A stretch of DNA of 56,416 bases, from positions 1-56,416 of the forward strand of contig JAQUBA010000004.1 in NCBI GenBank assembly GCA_028686985.1, read 5' to 3'. This document shows positions 37,127 to 45,639 of this stretch, piece after piece. The number at the start of each line of letters is the position of its first letter. The stretch's first letter is position 1. This DNA comes from Candidatus Iainarchaeum sp. (GTDB lineage: Archaea; Micrarchaeota; Micrarchaeia; Anstonellales; Bilamarchaeaceae). The position numbers and the translations under genes are program-made. The notes under the pieces are model-generated. The model made no database searches. It saw only the letters and a list, made by a program, of their open reading frames with translations, and was not told where the DNA came from.

Positions 37127-40100
37127 ATGCTTGAGCACCCAAAAAAATTCATGAGGCCGGCTGCCCTGCTGCTACTGGTGATGCTCCTTTCCCTCGGCTC
37201 CGCATCCGATGGCATAGGGGGCGGGCCAGATGTAGGCGGCGGGATAAGCCCTGAGGCCACGGCAGGGGCGGGCATAGAAATTCCGGTTTATCCCGACATA
37301 TCAAGGCCCATACCCGTCCCTGAAGCGTGCGCCGAATGCCCGCCTCCCGGGCTTGAGCCCCCCCTAATGCTCCCATTCCTGGATGACGTGGGGAAGGATG
37401 CCTCCATCTATGTTGCGGCGACCAAGGAAGGGCGGAGGGTTCCGCTGGAGGGCGCGACCGTATTTATCCATGTATATAAGAGCGCTGGGGATTTCGTATA
37501 TTCGTGCAGGGCATATACCGATTCTTCGGGGGGGGCTGTGCTCTCTTACGCCCCATATGAGGAGGCCTGCAAGAATGGATGCACCATCAAGTTTGTTTTC
37601 TGCTGCTCCGGAGTGGTGGAGCAGTCCTGCATGCTGCCGGTATGCCTCGGGAGCAGCATAACCTCCTACAGCGATTACGTCTCCTGCCCGGGCTATCCGG
37701 ACCCGTGGCCCGTGAATGCGACTGTTGATGGGGTGGCTTACCCGGCCGCGCCCGCCGTTGCAGAGACGCAGATACCCCCCTCCGCGGAGGCGGCCGCCTT
37801 TGCATTGGATTTCGTGTTCTGCTTCCCGATTCTTGTGCTCTTCGGGCTGCTTGGGGCGGCTATGTACGCGTCGGGCAGGGACCCGTTTGCAATTTTCTCG
37901 TTCTACACGCCGAGATATACGCGGGGGGCGGAAAGGCCGATGGGGGCGAGGGGGTTCACATTTGACACGAGGACGATAATGGGTGCGGCGCAGAGCATAG
38001 CCATGGCGGGGATTGCCGGGGCGAGAAAGGCGGAAAAGCAGAGCTCGCAGCAATCCAGCAGCCAGCAGCAGGGTGGAGGCGGGCAGGTGCAAACCACTCA
38101 GGGCGCGACCGGCGCGCTGGGGGAGCCGAGGCAGGCCCAGCAGCCCACGCAGGCACCTTCCGCCGCCTCGGTTGCGCCCCAGGGGGCGCGGGCGCCTGGC
38201 GGTGGCCTGAGCGCAGTAGACCTGAGGGCCGCGGCTCCGCAGACCGGAGGGCTGCCCATCCAGCTGCTTGCGAATGCAATCTTCAAGATGTTCACGGGGG
38301 ACATGAGCGGCTGGAGCAGGTTTGCGCAACTGTTCACTAGTTCTTCCATATACGGGCAGTTTGAAGGGATTGGGGCGCAGGAATTCGCGGCGCAGATGGC
38401 CAGCACCCTCCTCATCTACAGCAACCTCCCGTTCGGGTGGCTCGTGAACAGCTTCACATACTCTCCGCACTTGCAGACGCTTGCAGGCGCAAGGAACCTT
38501 GCGAACATAGGGAAGCTGAGCGACATGCTGTATGGATGGACCGATGAGGAAGGGCATTTCCACAGGGGATGGCAGGAAGATGTGAGCGGCAATATACACA
38601 TAAGCTGGAGGCAGGACGGGGAGGTGCAGGAAAGGGTGTTTGCAAGGGGCTCAAACGAGCTCGTCACCTTCATCCAGAACAACGTAACCGACTCTTACTA
38701 TTCTGCTCAGCAGTTCGTGCAGGTCGCCATGGCGGACTCCCAGCAGGGGCTGGCCGCATCCTCCACCGAAGCGATTGAGGGCAACCTCCGCGGGGCCGAG
38801 GGGAGGATGGGGATAGTTGACCTCACCCACAGGCTGCAGGGATTCACTCCGGAGCAGGTTCAGGCATGGACCACGGAAAGGGGGTTCCAGGGGGCATTCA
38901 GTGGGGCAGTCGGGGTGTTGATGAGCGGCAGGAATGCGGATGGGACGGAGACGACCATGCAACAGAAGATTGAGGCGTTCCGGACCGCCGCAGCCGCGTT
39001 TTCCGTGTTCTCGGGCACCGAAGGGTTCGCGGACAGGTATTCATCGCTCAGCGCAACCCAGGAATTCAGGTTCCTGGAGCGGATGATGACCGTGACCGGG
39101 ACGGCCGAATCCCCCGGGCTGCTCAGGGAGATTATGGCGGCGGAGGGAGGGATGAACGGGGGGGTGCTGACATCAGCCTCGCTCATCGCGCTCTGCATGG
39201 GTTCAACCGACAACGCAACCGCCCAGGCTGCGGGCTCATCGGCAATGGGCGGCCTGCGCGGGATAATCACTTCCGGAGAAGGGCGCCCGAACGTTGCATT
39301 CTCTGAAGGCGCGGAGGGGGTGCATGAGAGGAATTTGTTATCAATGGTGCTTGGGAGCTCAATAGCTTCCCTTGAACCGGCTTCGGAATCATACCAGCAA
39401 CAGTCCTACATGCTCGCCGCGCTTTCAAGCGAATACCGGCTTGAAGCCCAGGCTGTGGCGGAAGGGCTCGCCCCGGATGCGGGCAACAGGGGCTGGGCCG
39501 AGGGGAGCCTTGACATCAGTGCCGGGACCCGGGACTGGGCCGAGCAGTTCCAGGGGAACGCAGCCACGTCCATCGCATTGCAGGAGATGGAACCCATGAT
39601 GGACGCCATGACCAGGTACGCATTCTTCAACGACCCGGTCGCAAGGGAGGTCCTGGCAGCCGCCGACCCGGTGCCCTATGAGGAACTGCAAAGGCGCCAG
39701 AGGGAGGGGGAGCTGTCCTCATCGGACCAGTATCTATTATACGCATACCAGTGCGGAAGGCAGGACCAGGAAAGAGGACGGGAAGTGGGCGCCGCCGCAT
39801 ACGGGCTCAGCGGCGAGGCCGGGGCGGCGGAAGGAATGCTCACGCAGCAGCAGAGGCTGGATGCGGCGCGGACGATTGTGGAGAGCACGCCTATAGAAGC
39901 CGATGTGTCGGGATGGATTGCGGCGGGCAACCAGGAGGCGCGTGCCGCCGCGGTACGCAGCGAGGAGGGGCTGGGAACCGTGCAGAGGTATGCTTTTGGC
40001 CTGTATTTTTCTGATAATGAAGCGGATAAGCAGAGGGGCATGGAGCTTTTGGGGGCAGTCGGTGCGGTCTATCAGGGAACGGGGCCGGAGCGGGACGCGG

Positions 40101-40711
40101 CCGTGGCAACGATATACAACAGCACGCCTGCAGAAATATGGGTTGGCCTATCGGGCGCTGCCGCGACGCAGCTTCTTGTTGATGGGAATGCCGGTGCAAT
40201 CACTGCGGCGCGGACCTACGGAGAACATTATGCCGCGGCCGGCGAGGCCGGAGCGAATCTGGAGGCGGCGCCTGTGGGGCCGCGCCAAGCCATATACGAC
40301 CCCGCAATCAGGGAACCGAGAATCTCGGCATTTGACGCGATGGCCGGCGCCGGCTCCATAGACGTAAATCATTATATGGGCTCGCCCGTGATGCAACAGC
40401 AGACCGCCGCGGTGATGGATGCGGTTGCGGCGAGCACCGCGCGTTTCGCCGCGAGTTCGTTATACCAGGATTATTTCAGCAGCCACACCGAAACCGTGGA
40501 CCAGTGGATGGAGCAGGCGAGGGAGCACCAGAGGCGGCTGGACGAGGCGGGCGCGGTCACCACCGAAACCGGGGCGGTTGTGCTGCCGGAGGAGGGGGGC
40601 GGCGGGCCTCCCGGAGGTGGCTGGGGCGCCAGCGAATACAGCCAAGCGGCACGGAGGGCATACGAGGCAAGGGGCAGGGGGCAGGTCCCCGGTGAGGAAA
40701 TACCCAGGTAA
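37127..40711 (+). CDS. Giant (~1190 aa) bitopic protein: Cys-rich ectodomain, TM, Q/S/G-rich linker, large Ala/Gly/Gln-rich domain
   Basis: Signal peptide MRPAALLLLVMLLSLGSASDG. The N-terminal ~210 aa are Cys-rich. TM FVFCFPILVLFGLLGAAMYA is followed by an Arg-rich flank. Low-complexity KQSSQQSSSQQQGGGGQVQTTQG...QAQQPTQAPS. The remaining ~850 aa contain only two Cys. No Walker motifs seen. Confidence 0.7.
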   Translation: MLEHPKKFMRPAALLLLVMLLSLGSASDGIGGGPDVGGGISPEATAGAGIEIPVYPDISRPIPVPEACAECPPPGLEPPLMLPFLDDVGKDASIYVAATKEGRRVPLEGATVFIHVYKSAGDFVYSCRAYTDSSGGAVLSYAPYEEACKNGCTIKFVFCCSGVVEQSCMLPVCLGSSITSYSDYVSCPGYPDPWPVNATVDGVAYPAAPAVAETQIPPSAEAAAFALDFVFCFPILVLFGLLGAAMYASGRDPFAIFSFYTPRYTRGAERPMGARGFTFDTRTIMGAAQSIAMAGIAGARKAEKQSSQQSSSQQQGGGGQVQTTQGATGALGEPRQAQQPTQAPSAASVAPQGARAPGGGLSAVDLRAAAPQTGGLPIQLLANAIFKMFTGDMSGWSRFAQLFTSSSIYGQFEGIGAQEFAAQMASTLLIYSNLPFGWLVNSFTYSPHLQTLAGARNLANIGKLSDMLYGWTDEEGHFHRGWQEDVSGNIHISWRQDGEVQERVFARGSNELVTFIQNNVTDSYYSAQQFVQVAMADSQQGLAASSTEAIEGNLRGAEGRMGIVDLTHRLQGFTPEQVQAWTTERGFQGAFSGAVGVLMSGRNADGTETTMQQKIEAFRTAAAAFSVFSGTEGFADRYSSLSATQEFRFLERMMTVTGTAESPGLLREIMAAEGGMNGGVLTSASLIALCMGSTDNATAQAAGSSAMGGLRGIITSGEGRPNVAFSEGAEGVHERNLLSMVLGSSIASLEPASESYQQQSYMLAALSSEYRLEAQAVAEGLAPDAGNRGWAEGSLDISAGTRDWAEQFQGNAATSIALQEMEPMMDAMTRYAFFNDPVAREVLAAADPVPYEELQRRQREGELSSSDQYLLYAYQCGRQDQERGREVGAAAYGLSGEAGAAEGMLTQQQRLDAARTIVESTPIEADVSGWIAAGNQEARAAAVRSEEGLGTVQRYAFGLYFSDNEADKQRGMELLGAVGAVYQGTGPERDAAVATIYNSTPAEIWVGLSGAAATQLLVDGNAGAITAARTYGEHYAAAGEAGANLEAAPVGPRQAIYDPAIREPRISAFDAMAGAGSIDVNHYMGSPVMQQQTAAVMDAVAASTARFAASSLYQDYFSSHTETVDQWMEQAREHQRRLDEAGAVTTETGAVVLPEEGGGGPPGGGWGASEYSQAARRAYEARGRGQVPGEEIPR

Positions 40712-40716
40712 TCCAA

Positions 40717-41025
40717 ATGCCAGAAACCCGCCCGGTAAAAAGATTGAGGAGGCACCTCACAATAGAAAACCTCTGGCTCTACATATTATCCCTAATCAGG
40801 AAGGAAGAGTGCTATGCGTATACCCTCCCGGAGCAGATAGAGAGGGGCTTCCATTTCAGGCCCAGCAGGGTCATGGTGTATATCGTGCTCCATATGCTGG
40901 ATGGCGAGGGGCTCATAAAAAGCGAGCAGAAGGAGAGAAGAAAATATTACAGGCTTACGGAAAAGGGGAAGGAGACGCTCAAGGAAGCGAAATGGGAGCT
41001 GAAAGCCCTCTCGGAAAAATTATGA
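40717..41025 (+). CDS. PadR-family winged-helix transcriptional regulator
   Basis: 102 aa. LWLYILSLIRKEECYAYTLPEQIE....VMVYIVLHMLDGEGLIKSEQKERRKYYRLTEKGKETL matches the PadR N-domain pattern. A 5-nt gap separates it from the preceding giant gene. Confidence 0.75.
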   Translation: MPETRPVKRLRRHLTIENLWLYILSLIRKEECYAYTLPEQIERGFHFRPSRVMVYIVLHMLDGEGLIKSEQKERRKYYRLTEKGKETLKEAKWELKALSEKL

Positions 41026-42051
41026 TATCCTGAAGCGGAGGAGTGCGGCAATGCCCCCGAATCCCTTGAGCTTCGGGGCGGAATCCCCTTTTGATGAATA
41101 GAAGATTATGTCCGCCCTCTTTGATTCCGCATTCTCGGTTATCCTTTCTATCTCCTTGTCCTTGCGGAGGGCGTCGTCCAGGACGAGGAGCGTTTCCACC
41201 GCGCTCGCATCCACGGCCTGCGCCACTTCCTTCTTCCCGTACGCGGCGAGGCCCGCATCCTTATGCAAGCGCACCATGAACTCCTCAAACAGCTTCTCTT
41301 CCTTTTCCATCTGCGCCTCCCCCACTATCTTTTCCACCACGCCCCTCTTCATCAGTTCCGCGATTCCGCTCCTTTCAGCGTAGGAGCAGCTCTCAAACGT
41401 GATGCGGGCGAGGAGGTCCGGGTATTTTTTCCGGATGAAATCCTTCAGGCCGTCCTTTGCGAAGCCGGGGCCCGCGACTATGAAGCGCTCATCCGCCTTG
41501 GAGATGTAGGAGGCGACCTCGCCGTAATACTGCCTGAGCTTCTCCTCGTAATTGTCCTCCCTCTTGCTTCCCCCGAACCACATGGTCGGGCCGTAGTCCA
41601 GCCCGTAGCCGCGGAGGATTGCGGTGAGCGCCTTCTCCTCGTCCATGACTATTATGCGGAGGGTGGGGCGGGATGTTTCCTTCACCGCCTTTTCCAATCT
41701 TGAGATTTCAAAGTTCTTCCATTCCTTTATGACTTTTATGGTGTCCCCGGATTCCAAATCAAACGTGTGGTGCCTCCCCTTCTGCACGAATTCCTCCGGG
41801 TTTCCCGCGAGTATGATGCCGCCGATGCGGAGGCGGTTCGCGGCTTCGGCGAATTCAACGCTTTCAACGCGCAGGGTAATGAATACTGGTTTCCTCTCTT
41901 CCTTCCCTTCGCCGAATTTCACGCTCCTGTAGGTGCGGGCCTCCACCACATCCCCCTCCTTGAGCACGCGCTCAAGATGCCAGAGGTCCTCCAGCCGCTG
42001 GAGCATGAGCTTCAGCTCGCCGTTCCTGAGGTCGCGGTGGACTATTCGCAT
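41020..42051 (-). CDS. pelA: Pelota (aDom34) mRNA surveillance factor
   Basis: 343 aa. MRIVHRDLRNGELKLMLQRLEDLWHLERVLKEGDVVEARTY is a typical Pelota N-domain. eRF1-like central and C-terminal domains follow. Confidence 0.9.
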   Translation of the reverse strand: MRIVHRDLRNGELKLMLQRLEDLWHLERVLKEGDVVEARTYRSVKFGEGKEERKPVFITLRVESVEFAEAANRLRIGGIILAGNPEEFVQKGRHHTFDLESGDTIKVIKEWKNFEISRLEKAVKETSRPTLRIIVMDEEKALTAILRGYGLDYGPTMWFGGSKREDNYEEKLRQYYGEVASYISKADERFIVAGPGFAKDGLKDFIRKKYPDLLARITFESCSYAERSGIAELMKRGVVEKIVGEAQMEKEEKLFEEFMVRLHKDAGLAAYGKKEVAQAVDASAVETLLVLDDALRKDKEIERITENAESKRADIIFYSSKGDSAPKLKGFGGIAALLRFRIS

Positions 42052-42092
42052 ATTGAAGGATAGGAAGAATAGAAAATATAAATAGGATTCCG

Positions 42093-43583
42093 CTACCTCT
42101 TCATGTTCCTTATCGTGTTCCAGAGGTTCTTGAGCGCCAGATGGACATTTACCATCCCGTGATAGGCGTTGTCGGCAACCAGGATTAATTTCCTCAGCGG
42201 GGACCTCCTCGCCTTCACCGGCTTCATTATCCCGTTCTGCAGCTCAAGATAGCTGTCAATGGATATCTTGGCGCCGTAATCAGCGCCATCGCGGGCAAAG
42301 TGCGTCTGTTTGCGCATCAGGTACACAAGGTCGCTTGCCCTGAAGGCGACTCCCCTGTGGAACAGCCCCATGGCTTCCTTGGAGAAGTGTATGACTGTGC
42401 GCCCCCAGGCGAGCGGGCTGACCACCCGCATATAGGTCCTCACGCCTTCGTAAACATGCAGGTCCGGGTCGGCATACTGCCTCTTCCTGAAGCCATTTTC
42501 CTTCTTGCAGTGCATGGAGAATGCGATGCTTATGTTCTTCTGGTCCAGCGTCGCCTGCGTTCCCAGGTGCTTCCTCACAATCATCTCAAAGAAAGCCTGC
42601 GTTTCCGGGTCCTGGGGGGATGCCAGCTTGTCCGGGAATGTAAAGTTGCCGCTGCCAACCAGGTCAATATGGCGCTGGATGAAATCCAGGACCTCGGATA
42701 TTGACCGTTCGCGCTTTTCCGGGTCGTTGAGAGCCCCTACGCCGACCTGCCCTATCCCCACGTTTATTATCCCGTATGTATGCGCCGCGCGCGCGGCGAT
42801 GCTGTTTGCCTCGCGCAGCTCATCCATGGTCATCAGCACTTCGCCCTGGTCAATGCGTGGTGCCATGCCCGGCATGTCAAGAGTCCTGCCCTTCAGTATC
42901 CTGTCCCAGAAATCAAGTGCAGTGGGCAGGTCTTTGAAATCAATGTTCAGGTGCATTCCGTTGAGCGCTAGCAGGTTCTTCGCGGGAAGGGTGAGCTCAA
43001 GCGAAGGCACCTTCATTATGCCAGCAGCATCCTCCATATCTGCGATATCCTCGAAATGTTGCGCATTAATCCAGTTATGGTAGCCCGTGGCGTCAATGTC
43101 GTAATGCCAGAGCATCATCTCGCGGAGTATGTGCGTGCGGGAGGAGACGCCGTCGTCCTTGCCGCCGTTCTCGCCCCAGTGGCCGTGGGCGCAGGCATAT
43201 CTCGTGTTCGTGTCTTTTGCCGCGGCGGTTTTGAGGACTGCATCTTTCACTTCGCTAACCCACTCATCCTTCACTTTGGAAGAAGAAAACCTGCGCATGA
43301 GCTGGCGCTTGGTAAGTGCCTTGCCGCCGTCTTCCCGTGAAGGGTCGGTGAAAAATACCTTTGTGCGGCCAAATGATGAGGTCTTCACGAATACGAAGAA
43401 GTTGGAGTCGCCGGGGACATCCGGGTTCAGCCCGCGGTTGAGAATTATCTCCCCTTTCTTGCAGATGCGGGGGTCGTCTATGACTCCGTAGCCGGAGCGC
43501 ACCAGCTCATTTACGAGCTTCTGCCTCCTTGTTATGCCCCTCTGCCGGAGGAAGCTGAATTCCACTGTTCCCACCTCCAGCAT
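42093..43583 (-). CDS. Conserved-looking cytosolic protein of unknown function (496 aa)
   Basis: Clean ORF with ATG at 43583 and TATA-like TTTATATA 21-31 nt upstream. Globular composition without TM helices. His/acidic-rich segments (ACAHGHWGENGG, MLWHYDIDATGYHNW). I recognise no family. Confidence 0.5.
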   Translation of the reverse strand: MLEVGTVEFSFLRQRGITRRQKLVNELVRSGYGVIDDPRICKKGEIILNRGLNPDVPGDSNFFVFVKTSSFGRTKVFFTDPSREDGGKALTKRQLMRRFSSSKVKDEWVSEVKDAVLKTAAAKDTNTRYACAHGHWGENGGKDDGVSSRTHILREMMLWHYDIDATGYHNWINAQHFEDIADMEDAAGIMKVPSLELTLPAKNLLALNGMHLNIDFKDLPTALDFWDRILKGRTLDMPGMAPRIDQGEVLMTMDELREANSIAARAAHTYGIINVGIGQVGVGALNDPEKRERSISEVLDFIQRHIDLVGSGNFTFPDKLASPQDPETQAFFEMIVRKHLGTQATLDQKNISIAFSMHCKKENGFRKRQYADPDLHVYEGVRTYMRVVSPLAWGRTVIHFSKEAMGLFHRGVAFRASDLVYLMRKQTHFARDGADYGAKISIDSYLELQNGIMKPVKARRSPLRKLILVADNAYHGMVNVHLALKNLWNTIRNMKR

Positions 43584-43635
43584 ATATTTATGTGGGGTAA
43601 CCTATATAAACGGGATGTGGGACTGGGTGCCAAAA

Positions 43636-44124
43636 TTAGGAAGAAATCTTAGCCCATAGCCGCTTCTTCTCCTTGTCGGAAATGCCCTTGTCGTCCTTGA
43701 AGAAGCGTAGGAAGAAGTCGCGCAGGAGCTCCTTCGTGCGCTTTTTATCCAGCTGGTGCGCCCTGTGCATGTACCTCGCCGCGTCCGGGCTGTCCAGGAA
43801 AAGCATGCATATGGCGAGGAGGAAGAGTGAATCCGCGTCCTCCTTTATGTCCAGGGCCTCCTGCAATTCCTCAACCGCCTGCTCGAATTCAAAGGATTCC
43901 ATGTGCACGGACGCCTTCGCGCGGTAGTATTTGGGGTCCGGCTTCACGTAAAGTGCGCGCTCAAAGCATTCTATCGCATGGGGCCGCTGGCCCTCGTGCT
44001 GGGCAGCCATCCCCAGCATGAACCACGCCTCGGGGTCCATCTTGTCCTTTTTCAGCGCATCCTTTGCGCGCTTCCTCAGCTCACTCACCTTGCCTGCGCG
44101 CAGAAGGGCGAGGGATTCCTCCAT
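43636..44124 (-). CDS. TPR-repeat protein
   Basis: 162 aa. TPR-like helices (EAWFMLGMAAQHEGQRPHAIECFERALYVKPD, YYRAKASVHMESFEFEQAVEELQEAL). Confidence 0.7.
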   Translation of the reverse strand: MEESLALLRAGKVSELRKRAKDALKKDKMDPEAWFMLGMAAQHEGQRPHAIECFERALYVKPDPKYYRAKASVHMESFEFEQAVEELQEALDIKEDADSLFLLAICMLFLDSPDAARYMHRAHQLDKKRTKELLRDFFLRFFKDDKGISDKEKKRLWAKISS

Positions 44125-44178
44125 GCTGGCATTTATCCATCAAGCATTTAAAACGGTTCTTGTGTAGTTTAACCTGCT

Positions 44179-44251
44179 AGCCCCGTCGTCTAGCGGCCAA
44201 GGATAGCGGGCTTTGGACCCGTTGACACCGGTTCAAATCCGGTCGGGGCTA
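44179..44251 (+). tRNA. tRNA-Gln (anticodon TTG)
   Basis: Hand-folded 73-nt cloverleaf. Acceptor AGCCCCG/CGGGGCT, anticodon arm GCGGG-CTTTGGA-CCCGT, T arm ACCGG-TTCAAAT-CCGGT. TATA-like TTTAAAA lies about 27-30 nt upstream. Confidence 0.85.
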
Positions 44252-44305
44252 AACCAGGCCAGAAGGGGGCTGGGAGAGGGTTTATAAAGCCTTTCCGAGT
44301 AATAC

Positions 44306-44638
44306 ATGTGTGAGAAAATGGTTATGAAAGAGAAGGAGGCCCCGCGGGAGGAGGCTTCCGAGCGGCTCAGGTTCGTACCGGTCCAGAACGAGGCCGGCTC
44401 ACTCGTTCCCATACGCAGGGAAGATCTGGACTGCACTATTCATACCTTAAGCAGGCTCAATGAGAGGGTGGTGCACATGGCCGAGGGGCATGACCACTTC
44501 GGGGACGTGCATTCCGCGTCATCCCACGCGCATTCCGTGGAAAAATGGGAGGCGCTCCCTATAAACGCCCATCACACTTCTGAAAAACACCATTATAACG
44601 AGCGCCTTTTTGAGAAGATAAGGAACATGGTGCCCTGA
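44306..44638 (+). CDS. Small His-rich hypothetical protein
   Basis: 110 aa. TTTATAAA box sits 18-25 nt upstream of the ATG. His-rich C-half (HMAEGHDHFGDVHSASSHAHS...NAHHTSEKHHYNE). No family recognised. Confidence 0.45.
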   Translation: MCEKMVMKEKEAPREEASERLRFVPVQNEAGSLVPIRREDLDCTIHTLSRLNERVVHMAEGHDHFGDVHSASSHAHSVEKWEALPINAHHTSEKHHYNERLFEKIRNMVP

Positions 44639-45595
44639 TTATTCCATCTCTATTGTGGAGGGCGGCTTGTTCGTGATGTCATATACGACTCTGCCCGCGC
44701 CCCTTATTTCGTTTGTAATCCTTGTGGAGATTTTGGATAATACCTCATGGGGGATTTCCGAGAAGTTGGCGGTCATTCCATCTAAACTGCGGACAGCGCG
44801 GACCACCACCGTATATTTGTATATTCTTTCATCTCCCGCCACGCCCACGGTCTTGGAGGGGAGCACTGCGGCGAAATACTGCCAGGGGCGCTCCATCTTC
44901 CCGGCGGAGGAGGCGCGGTCCAGCTCTTCCTCAACGATGAAACAGGCGTCCTTTACAATCCCCAATTTCTCGCGGGAGATTTCGCCCACTATTCTTACCG
45001 CGAGGCCGGGGCCGGGGAATGGCTGCCTCTCAAAAATGTAATCCGGGAGCCCCAATTCCTTGCCGAGCATCCTTACCTCGTGCTTGTACAGCTCGCGCAG
45101 GGGCTCGCATAACTTCAGGTCCATATCCTCCGGGAGCCCGCCCACGTTGTGATGCGATTTTATCGTGTGCCTTCCGCCGCCCCCGCTCTCAATCCAGTCC
45201 GGCGCGATTGTGCCCTGTATGAGGACCTTCACCTTTTCCTTTTTAGCTATTTCCTCAAAAACGCGGATGAATTGCTCGCCGATTATCTTCCTCTTCTGCT
45301 CGGGGTCCGAAACGCCCTCCAGCTTGTTTATGAAGCGCTCCTGCTCCGATGCGATGAGGATTGGGATGCCCACTTTTCCAGCCGCTTCCTTCACGTGCTC
45401 TGCCTCGTTCTTGCGCATGAAGCCCGTGTCCACGAACACGGCGACGAGCTGGTCGGGGGCGGCCTTGGCTGCGAGCGTCGCGGCGACCATGGAGTCCACG
45501 CCGCCGGAGACCGCGATTATGCACCTCTCCTTTCCGACCGCCTTACTTATGTCTTCCACCGCCTGCGGGATGAATTTCTTAGCGTCAAAGGCCAT
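44639..45595 (-). CDS. guaA: GMP synthase subunit B (ATP pyrophosphatase domain)
   Basis: 318 aa. PP-loop VSGGVDSMVAA. C-terminal dimerisation-domain pattern ending PPSTIEME. Confidence 0.9.
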   Translation of the reverse strand: MAFDAKKFIPQAVEDISKAVGKERCIIAVSGGVDSMVAATLAAKAAPDQLVAVFVDTGFMRKNEAEHVKEAAGKVGIPILIASEQERFINKLEGVSDPEQKRKIIGEQFIRVFEEIAKKEKVKVLIQGTIAPDWIESGGGGRHTIKSHHNVGGLPEDMDLKLCEPLRELYKHEVRMLGKELGLPDYIFERQPFPGPGLAVRIVGEISREKLGIVKDACFIVEEELDRASSAGKMERPWQYFAAVLPSKTVGVAGDERIYKYTVVVRAVRSLDGMTANFSEIPHEVLSKISTRITNEIRGAGRVVYDITNKPPSTIEME

Positions 45596-45639
45596 GGATG
45601 GATTTCGTGCGGGGATTTTAAATAAATGGCGGTTGAAAA

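Noticed and set aside
38030-38200. The Q/S/G-rich tract in P8 as an independent feature, such as a prion-like domain or a frameshift-prone repeat.
   Set aside because: No nucleotide-level perfect repeats or homopolymer runs are evident. It is best treated as a flexible linker within the giant protein.
20277-41025. An integrated mobile or conjugative element, or a provirus, inserted at tRNA-Arg. This would explain the large membrane and giant proteins, as in plasmid-derived islands of other archaea.
   Set aside because: I found no integrase or recombinase, no VirB4/HerA/TraG-type ATPase and no capsid-like genes. I found no duplicated tRNA 3' segment (att) at the far boundary. Base composition and promoter style look like the flanks. 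The idea cannot be fully excluded without searches.
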